64,000 bases of DNA from Eledone cirrhosa (Eukaryota): contig OZ024747.1 of NCBI GenBank assembly GCA_964016885.1, positions 5,208,001-5,272,000 on the forward strand. Reading direction: 5' to 3'. The notes beneath the pieces were generated by a model. That model did not search any database. It saw nothing but the letters and a program-made list of their open reading frames with translations, and was not told the origin of the DNA. Position 1 is the stretch's first letter; each line of letters opens with the position of its first letter. The translations under genes and the position numbers were made by a program. This document shows, one piece after another, positions 51,383 through 64,000 of the stretch.

Positions 51383-52591
51383 GTTTATATGTACATATGT
51401 ATGGATATATATATTATATACATAAAACTATATACACAACATAGACATACAAACACAAATATACGTTATACACACACACACATTATATATATTTATATAT
51501 ATATATATATATGCATACATATGTACATATAAACATATATATATATATGTTTATATGTACATATGTATGCATATATATATATAAATATATATATATACTT
51601 GTGTGTGTGTATAACGTATATTTGTGTTTGTATGTCTACTACCCCCTACCATCAGTCACCACCACCACTACCACCACCACCACCACTACCCCTACCATCA
51701 GTCACCACCACCACCACCACTACCACCACCACCACCACCACCACTACCCCCTACCATCAGTCACCACCACTACCACCACCAAACCCACTACTACCACTAC
51801 CACCACCAAAACCACCACCACCACCATCAGTCACCATCATCACCACCACCACCACCACCACCACCACCACCATCACTACCACCACAACCACCACCACTAC
51901 CAACAACCAAAACCACCACTACCACTACCACCACCACCACCACCACTACCCCCCCCCCCATCACCACCACCACCACCACCACCACAATTACCACCACCAC
52001 CAACAACACCACCACTACCACTACCACCACCACTACCATAACCACCACCACTGCTAACACCACCATCACCACCACTACCACCACCAGCACCTCTGCTAAC
52101 ACCACCATCACCACCACCACACTACCACGACCACCCCCACTGCTAACACCACCATCACCACCACTACCACCACCAGCACCACTGCTAACACCACCATCAC
52201 CACCACCACCACCACCAATGCCATGTTCAGAATTGCTGCCGTTGTTAATTAAACGTTGAAGAAGTGCCGCCGGAAGCTGGTAGTTCTCCAATAGCGGAAG
52301 TAATCGCATGATGGTTGCCTTGCGGTGGCCCCCGGGGAGGTGGGTAAAGCGTTGGTGGTGGTAGTGAAGGTAGTGGTGGTGGTGGTGGTAGAGGTAGTGA
52401 TGGTGTTGGTAGTGAGGGAGGGGGAGTGGTGGGTGTTGTGGTGCTGGTTGTGGTAGTGGTGGTGGTAGTAGTGATGGTATTGGTAGTGAGGGGGGTAGTG
52501 GTGGGTAATGTGGTGGTGTAGTGGTAGTGGTAGTGGTGGTGGTGCTGAAGATTTATGTGCAAGCTCCTTCTGCCTCTCCTCTTCCAGCCTT

Positions 52592-52650
<59 letters not shown>

Positions 52651-53118
52651 CTTCTTCTTCTTCTTCTTCTTCTTCTTCTTCTTCTTCTTCTTCTTCTTCT
52701 TCTTCTTCCCTCAATTAATTTATTCTCCTCCACCCTCTCCTCAACCTCATCCTTTCTTATAGTTATTGTTTTAGTATCTTGTTGTTGTCTTTGCTGAGGA
52801 CACAAGACTGTGTCGTCTTGACTGAACAGGCGGGTAACGACTACTAAACATCATATATCGTCATTTACAATCGTTTCGCAACCAGCTCACTCCCTTACGC
52901 TTTGCTGTTGCAGTTGTTGTTGTCGTTGTTGTTGTTGTTGGTGTTGCAGTGGTTGTTGTTGTTGTTGTTGTTGTAGTGGTTGTTGTTGTTGTAGTGGTTG
53001 TTGTTGCTATTGTTATCGTTGTTGTGATTGTTGCTGTAGTGGTTGTTGTTTTATTAGTTGTTGTCATTGTTGTTGTTGTAGTGGTTGTTGTTGTTGCTGC
53101 AGTGGTTGTTGTTCTTTC

Positions 53119-53170
<52 letters not shown>

Positions 53171-53778
53171 ATAGTAGTAGTAGTAGGTGTAGCTGTTGTT
53201 GCAGCTACTATTGTTGCTGTTGTTATTCTTGCTGCTGTTATTGTTGCTGTTGTTGATGTTGCTGCTGTTGTTGAGGTTATTGTTGCTGTTGTTGCTGCTG
53301 CTATTATTGTTGCTGTTGTTATTGTTGTTGCTGTTATTGTTGCTGTTGTTGATGTTGCTGCTCTTATTGTTACTGTTGTTGTTGCTGGTGTGACTGCTGC
53401 TGTTTCTGTTAATGTTCTTGTTGTTAATGTTACTACTACTGCTGTTGTTGTTGTTGTTGCTGTTGCTACTACCTTACTGCTACTATTGTTGTTGTTGTTG
53501 TATTCATGTAATATTCGTTGCAATTGCGGCTTATATTTTAATGCTATTATCATCGAAGATTCTTTTTTCATTTTCTATTTCTGCATTCTTTATTTCTTTA
53601 TTTTATTTTTTTCTTTCTTTATTTTTTAATATTCTCTTTAAATTCTGTTGTCCTTGCCTCAGCAAAACGACTCATATTGCCGATTCTGCAATTCTTGAGC
53701 TGAAAAAAACAAAAAAAAAACAAGTTATCATTTGTTTCCCCATCTTAACGTGCATCAGTCTTTTCTTTCTTTCTTTCT

Positions 53779-53821
<43 letters not shown>

Positions 53822-53908
53822 TTTGTTTCTTTCCTTCTTTCTTTCTCACAGACCGATCCGCTTTCGTTTTTTTTTATTACAAAACTACTCATCTTTATTA
53901 CCTGCCTA

Positions 53909-53961
<53 letters not shown>

Positions 53962-53985
53962 ATATATATATATAATATATATATA

Positions 53986-54017
<32 letters not shown>

Positions 54018-54615
54018 ATATATATAAATGTGTGTGTGTGTGTATGTGTGTGAATATATATATATATATGTGTGTGTGATGTGTGTATGTGTGAATTGAT
54101 CTGTTTGTTTCTCTCATTTTATCTACTTATCTATCTACCTATCTATCTACCTATCTATCTACCTATCTATCTACCTAGCTTTACAAGTGTTCCACATTTC
54201 TGTCTGTTAGTGAACCAGATTCAAGAATTTAAAGACTTGTCTATTACCTATCTATTTAAACGAAAATGGAAGAAGAATAGTGTGACAATCATCGGAATGT
54301 GTCATAGATGTGTCACCCATTAGAATGCACAAGCAGGACAATTGCACATAGACTTTGTACTAAATGCTTATCACCTGCTGGGCCAGTACCTGCTCAGAGT
54401 ATCAACAAAGGACTTCCAGTAGTATCCTCTATCTGTTACCCTATTTTGACGAGCTAATCAATAACCAATAATCTATAACCAATAATAATGATAATGCTGA
54501 AATTAATGCCAAATAGTTCGAGTGTTTTTATTGGTAAAATTAGTGACATGGCCATGCCCAAATATAAATTATATATGTTTTCTTGACAATTTATTTTGGA
54601 CGAGTACTGTGTTAG

Positions 54616-54672
<57 letters not shown>

Positions 54673-54730
54673 CGTTTCTGAATTTGTTTAGCAAGATTCT
54701 TTATCTGAAATCGTGTGTTGAAACAAACCG

Positions 54731-55631
<901 letters not shown>

Positions 55632-55751
55632 CATTGTGTGTGTGTGTGTTTGTGTGTATGTGTGAGTGTGTGTAAATGCATGCATATAGGTTCATAAGGG
55701 TTTGCCTCTGTTTGTTTGTATGTATGAGTGGGTGGGTGTTAAATATAAGAT

Positions 55752-55864
<113 letters not shown>

Positions 55865-56289
55865 AATATATACATATATAGAGAGAGAGAGAAAGTATGT
55901 ATATTAAACCTTGAAATAATTCTCGAAGAATCTTAAGTCCATTCAATTAAAACTGTACCGGATGCATGTTTAAGATGTCTAGATTGCTAGTGACGTCACA
56001 TCCTGTCTTGACTTGATCTATATAATGACGATATACTGACGAAAGAGTATGTATGCATGGCTTCCAATATGTATGTATGTATGGAAACGTGTATGCATAT
56101 ACGTATGCATGCATTTATGTACGAATATATGTATGTCTGTCTGCACGCAGGCATGCATATATTTATGTATGTATATATGTATGTATTCATGTATATATGT
56201 ATGCAAAAAAATTCCCTCCGTTGGCTATATGAACAGAATGAAACTACACTAGGACAATAGAACAGAAATACGTACTTAATCTATCATTC

Positions 56290-56670
56290 CTTTGTGGGTG
56301 ACCTGAAACACTATACCAAATCTTGACCTGGTTACAATAAGTTCAAAGGATATAGGAATGGAGTTTGGCCAGGATAAATGTTCATATATGATTGAAAAGT
56401 GGGGAAAATCTACAAGCCAATCTAGCAGCATTTTAATCAATTGCCTAACTGCTTCACCGATATCTAATGAGGACTTCTACTGATACCTAGGGAGAGATGA
56501 GAATATATCCTATGATGGAATCTGTAACAAAGAACGCGTAACCAGGGAATATTACACCCGATTAAGAAAAATATGGTCATCGGAAAACTCTGCACACAAT
56601 AAAAAAGTGGCTCACAATGTATTTGCTGCGCCTGTCCTAACACCAATGTTTGGAATACTCTATTGGACGA
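56290..56670 (+). mobile_element. R4/Dong-like (restriction-like endonuclease clade) LINE RT fragment
   Basis: SKDIGMEFGQDKC, YLGRDEN and NKKVAHNVFAAPVLTPMFGILYW. Confidence 0.7.
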
Positions 56671-57369
56671 TAGATTTATAGTGATAAATACATTAGAGGT
56701 AGGTTAAAATTTTCTTTCGATGCAGTAATTAAGAGGGTAAAGTCTTAGATTCCTTCTCTTAATAAATGTTGTAAATGTCAATGCAAGCTCCTAGAAACCT
56801 TCTCTATATTGAAGTAAAGTTAATCAGCGGATATATTGAACTGGTTGTTTTATCGACCTCGTAAGGATGAAAGGCAAAGTTAACCTCGGCGGGATTTGGA
56901 CTCAGACAATAAAGGGCCGCAACTATTTGCTGCAAAGCATGGCGTCCGACCCTCTACAGATACTACCAATCCACCGCCCACAAGGGAATGGAAAATAATG
57001 AAACAAAAATAAAGTTTGATTGTAACTATATTGAAAATAATGAAGCAAAAAATATTTTGAGTGTAAATATAAAAGATATTATTTGCTGAAGGAATCTATA
57101 TCTATAATAGTGATAAAGATTTAATCAAATGTCCAATCCGCCTGCTAATCCCCTGCCTATTATTTGGGAGCCGAGAGTAAATAACAAACTTAAATAAAAA
57201 GTAAAGCCGATATGATCGACTAAAAAGAATCCAATGAAGATATCTATAAATGGTTGCAGTCCAATAATTGGTAGCAGAGGAAGAATGAACTAACATATAC
57301 TATAGTACAAGAAGCTGAAATAATAGACCACAGTTAAAGATTTTATGTTGGTTGTTTCAAACATATTTC

Positions 57370-57535
57370 ACAATACAATACACACTGGAAGAGGAAGACC
57401 AAGGTTAACATATGTTGATGCCCTAAGGTCAGACACTGGTCTGTTGGAGACGCAGGACATGGCAGCGATAATGAGGGACAGAGACCGCTGGAGAGAACAC
57501 GTCCATGGGATCTCGGGAATTTTACCCGCCCTAGA
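57370..57535 (+). mobile_element. RTE-like LINE 3' end
   Basis: [19 protein letters not shown]...MRDRDRWRE. Confidence 0.8.
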
Positions 57536-57552
57536 TATATGCATATCTTTTT

Positions 57553-57648
<96 letters not shown>

Positions 57649-57869
57649 CATAATAGATTATATATACTTCCCCATCGCCGTCTGATCTTGTTTTTCCGAC
57701 ACACCCAGGAATGTTGATTTGTTTGTGTATGAAGTTTCATTTGATTTTGTATATGAACCTAAATATGACTATATGCATTTGCATGTGCACTTGTATGTCT
57801 TGAGATGTCTGTCTCTCTCTCTCTATATATATATATATAAATATGTATATATATACACACACGTGTATC

Positions 57870-57900
57870 GTAGCAGTCACACCCGGTGTTGCTCGGGTGG
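57870..57900 (+). mobile_element. Possible Helentron/HINE-type terminal hairpin
   Basis: TAGCAGTCACACCCGGTGTTGCTCGGGT stem-loop. Confidence 0.3.
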
Positions 57901-58542
57901 CGCTATATAGAAATGACTTTTTTCTCCTTTGTTAAATTTAAATATCTTAACCTTTAGACAACATCGATGGCGTAGGGAGGGGACATGATATGCATGGGTC
58001 ACGGTTGGTTTTCCACACAATGGTCATTAGTGACCAAAGTGTGTGTGTGTACGGAGAGGGATCTTTCCGTTGCAATACCATGTTTGTTTGTTTACTTGTC
58101 TCGCTCGCTTTACGCTATATTACTTGTCCCGATAACTTTATTTAGCTATTGCTCGCACCAACTGGAGGTATATGATTTTTAAAGCGATGAAATACCAATG
58201 GAAGTTGGAAAATCACTGATGAAGGACTAATTTTATTCATATGTAACCCATGTGCAACCACGCAGCACTCAATTCTTCTCATATTTATATATATATATAT
58301 ATATATATAAATAATTGAATATATAAGAGAGATAAACACAGAGTCTGGCAAACCCTATTTCTCATAATTAGTATTTTTTTCGCCCTAGCGAATCTGGTCC
58401 CCTACGATTTGAACACATATATGTATATATCTGTCTTTATATCTCCTTTATATTCAATTATATTACACGGCCCGTAAAAATCTCTTTCCATGAGCTATTT
58501 AATTGTAAGAGACTATTTTGAGTTTCTAACTCAATACATACC

Positions 58543-58616
<74 letters not shown>

Positions 58617-58636
58617 GTATATATATGTATATATAT

Positions 58637-58719
<83 letters not shown>

Positions 58720-58720
58720 G

Positions 58721-58792
<72 letters not shown>

Positions 58793-59107
58793 CTTTAGTA
58801 ATGTAGTACCTTATTTCACTGTGGTTCCCATCCGTTTTCTTCGAAAGCTAATAACGGCTTCTGAGTACAAGTAGTCCGTCATCCCTTTAAAGTCAACTTT
58901 ATTACTATTGAATATAGGTTTTATTTAATTCAGGAGAAGTAGGTTGCGTATGAGTTCACTCCTGAGCTGTTGCCGTTACCCGTGGAAACGTTGATCGCAT
59001 CTAAACGTTATTTTATCCAGCGTTCGTGAAGTGCAAGATGCAATACTTTTATGTATGTTCATCTGATAGTAAATATATATATATATATATACATACACAC
59101 ACACACG

Positions 59108-59242
<135 letters not shown>

Positions 59243-59317
59243 ACACAACACACACACACACACACACACACAAGCACACATATATATATTTATGTATTTA
59301 TTTATGCATATATATGT

Positions 59318-59359
<42 letters not shown>

Positions 59360-59365
59360 GTATAT

Positions 59366-59591
<226 letters not shown>

Positions 59592-59647
59592 ATGTATATG
59601 TATATATATTATATATATGTATATGTATATATATTATATATATATAT

Positions 59648-59774
<127 letters not shown>

Positions 59775-59941
59775 TATATAAGTATATATATATATATATA
59801 TAACGAAGGAAGTGTGCTAAGGAACCAGGTGGACCATAACGCACCAGAGTACTCAATACTTAGGGTAGTAGTTTGCCGTCAGGGTCTTGAACATATTATA
59901 TATAGATATTGATATATATGTATATACCTCTGTGTGTGTGA

Positions 59942-59972
<31 letters not shown>

Positions 59973-60123
59973 AATGTATGTGTGTGTGTGTGTATTGATG
60001 ATTTATCACGAATGAAACAGTTTCTAGTCCTGTAGAAGCTCTTCTATATTAAAACTTTTATACTCCGCTATGTATTGAGTACCTTACTTACTGTGGTTAC
60101 CTCTGATTCAACCCGGAATAACT

Positions 60124-60189
<66 letters not shown>

Positions 60190-60319
60190 CGAAAATGCAA
60201 CTGGAGTCTTATTTAAAAATATATATATATATTTATTTGGTTCCTTTACCAGTTACGCAGTTCTTCTGCTTTTCAAAAGTAGATTTGAGATGGAGGGTCT
60301 GTGGTTTTTCTCACATTTA

Positions 60320-60365
<46 letters not shown>

Positions 60366-60660
60366 AATGTGTGTGTGTATGTGTATTGCTTTCTTTGCGT
60401 GTTTCTGTGACAAACACACTAAACATACACTCAGGACTCACATACGGTGTATAGAGTCAATATTCAACCGTTATTAGCTGTTATCAAAACAGTCTGTTTT
60501 GATCAGCCAAGTCGGCGAAACTCTGTAAGTAAACAATCACCATTAATAACAACGAGTTTCTCTCTCACATACTCTCTCTCTCTCTACATATATCTATATC
60601 TGTATGAATATGTATGTATGTGTATATATATATATATATATGAATATATATGTATATGTA

Positions 60661-60731
<71 letters not shown>

Positions 60732-60735
60732 ATCA

Positions 60736-60819
<84 letters not shown>

Positions 60820-60860
60820 ATGTGTGTGTGTGTGTGTCTCACTCTCTCTCTTCCTCTCCC

Positions 60861-60941
<81 letters not shown>

Positions 60942-61057
60942 CTATAAATAATAATGGAAATGGAAAAAGGTAGACAGTGATATTTTGATTTTATCAAATA
61001 TTATTTATAGTGATCGACTATTATTATGATCATTTGTTTTGGGATTGATACATTTCA

Positions 61058-61136
<79 letters not shown>

Positions 61137-61168
61137 GTATATACATAAACACACACACACACACACAG

Positions 61169-61245
<77 letters not shown>

Positions 61246-61515
61246 TGCGTGTGTGTATATATATGTTGATTTAAAACTGCACTATCCACAAGTGTTTTTT
61301 AACCTTCATATCATGTCCTCCTATTTTATCTGATGAAAACACAAATGTTATTGCATGATGATATTTGTTTTTGAAATGCGCATAATAAAATATATGGAAC
61401 TCATATAACCATCTTTTGATCTTATATATTATGTATACTCCAGTCCTACAAACTGTAGAGTGCTTCTTATCCGATATCTGCATTGCTTTATTGTACTACA
61501 ATAAAACTCACCTCC

Positions 61516-61596
<81 letters not shown>

Positions 61597-61858
61597 ACAG
61601 GGAGAAAAAAGACGATTATTAGGAAGAAAAATTTTTTTTTTTCCCTTTTTATCTCTTTCTCTTTTTTCTGGGTTAGAAAATGATTAAAACGAAATATTTT
61701 ACTTTGTGTGAAGTGTTAAAGTATTAGTTGTTTATTTATTAATTAACAATGGCATTTATTTATTTATATATTTAATAATTGTCTATTACCGTTTCAGAAT
61801 TTATATGCATTATCAAATGATAATAATATGTATTGGTGTAGGATGGTGGTGTATATAT

Positions 61859-61950
<92 letters not shown>

Positions 61951-62057
61951 GTTAAAGCAAAAACAAAAACAATAGCGAAGAGTACAGTACAAACTGTTAG
62001 TATTAGGTTCACGCTTGAGAGTATATATATATATTTATGTATACTTATATATATATA

Positions 62058-62165
<108 letters not shown>

Positions 62166-62209
62166 TGTACAGAGCTCCAACACAAATTTATATACATTAT
62201 ATACAATGT

Positions 62210-62556
62210 ATTACATTTATTGGTTGGTGACGCGCGTTTCGCCAATGATCAGCTCAAGGTTCGATATGTATCGATCTTACGCCGACTCTGTAATCTGCGG
62301 CTCGTCGGACCCCTTATAATGTTAGTAGAAAATGAATATATGCTGTATGATAAAGTCAGAAGTTCATATGAACCTTGAGCTGATCAGTGGCGAAACGCGC
62401 GTCACCAACCAATAAATGTAATGAAGGAGTAACCAATCGTCCTTGTTATCTTTTCACTATATTACACTCTGTCTAGCTCTACACCTCGACACTGAAGTGA
62501 ACTTAAACATCGAGTGCTCACCCGGGTGAACCTACAGTAACTCCAAGTTACACCCC

Positions 62557-62560
<4 letters not shown>
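62210..62560. mobile_element. Penelope-like end with a 53-bp inverted duplication and a variant hammerhead (62226-62311, -)
   Basis: 62210-62262 pairs with 62370-62422. Minus strand: GGT-CCGACGA-GCC...GGC-GAAA-CGCGCG-TC-ACC. Confidence 0.6.
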
Positions 62561-62615
<55 letters not shown>

Positions 62616-62646
62616 CATATGCATATATATATATACATACATATGC

Positions 62647-62726
<80 letters not shown>

Positions 62727-62990
62727 GTATATGTATATTTTTATTATATATATATATATATAATATAACATACATATTTTTATAGCCACATATATAAACG
62801 GAATAATTATTTCTAAGAATGTCAAATTAGCCTCTTTGGCTGCATTTGAAAGAATCCGTTCCAAACTGTTCATGAAACTTAAACTAATATTTTGACTGAC
62901 GAAGATTGAACGAAATTTCAAATGACGTATGAAATAAGTTGATATTGCTGTTGTTATTGTTGCTGGCACACGCACACACACACACACACA

Positions 62991-63072
<82 letters not shown>

Positions 63073-63774
63073 CATGTGTGTGTATGAGTGTATGTGTGTA
63101 TGTGTGTGTGTGTGTGTATGTGTGTATGTGTGTATGTGTGTGTGTAAGGGAGGAAGCTAGGAAGTTAAACAGTTACAACTTCCCTGGTTATCAATATTCT
63201 GGCTTCTTCTTCTCAATTCCAATGATAACTGTATAAACTGGAAGAGAAATGATTAAAGTGTCAAATGTAATATTGACGAAAACGAACAGCAAAACAACAC
63301 AAACATAGCTTGTAATTGTTTCTTTTGATTTATTCTGGAAGAAGACCAATTCTGTGATGGAAAGCTGTAATAGTGAATTGGATCACACACACGTAAACAC
63401 ACACACACACACAGACACACACACACAGACACACACACATACGCACATACACACACATACACGCACATACACGCACATACATACATACACACACACTCAC
63501 ACACGCACACACACACACAGACACACCCATACACACACACACATACACACTCTCACACACACACATACACACACACACACAGACACACACACAGACACTC
63601 ACAGACACACAGACACACGCACACACACACACTCACACACACGCGCTCTCTCTTTCTCTCTCTCTCTCTCAGATATGTACACTCATTGATAGATGGGTAG
63701 ATACATATATACATACATGCTTATATGCATGTATACATGCATACATATATATACATACATGCTTACATACATGC

Positions 63775-63808
<34 letters not shown>

Positions 63809-63841
63809 GCATATATATATATATACATACCCCCCCCCCCA

Positions 63842-63947
<106 letters not shown>

Positions 63948-64000
63948 AAGAGTAACATGGTCGGCTGTACAAAAAGGGTTTTTTGTACAGCCGACCATGT

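Noticed and set aside
52861-53571. 236-aa Thr-rich mucin-like ORF
   Set aside because: Almost entirely trinucleotide repeat, open on both strands, with no convincing signal peptide or domain. Kept only as part of a low-confidence finding.

Overview
Eukaryotic, AT-rich, repeat-dense DNA that looks like a coleoid cephalopod (octopus-type) C2H2 zinc-finger cluster. This is inferred from the SINE families, the single-exon multi-finger ORFs and the very high microsatellite load. The only intact protein genes are two near-identical 302-aa, 10-finger C2H2 genes in convergent inverted orientation (15704-16612 +, 33279-34187 -). The ~15.7 kb between them holds two different endogenous parvovirus NS1 (SF3 helicase) relics flanking a Buster-type hAT fragment. 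One relic carries a phospholipase A2 domain, absent from the ORF track, upstream of NS1 on the same strand. The same interval contains a ZNF pseudogene in which one finger has amplified into a 62-bp satellite. From ~40 kb onward the window is mostly microsatellite, with short, often inverted element ends that carry type I hammerhead ribozyme motifs (Penelope-like), and a 28S rRNA fragment joined to a LINE-like 3' end. All calls are by-eye translation and motif reading; no searches were run.
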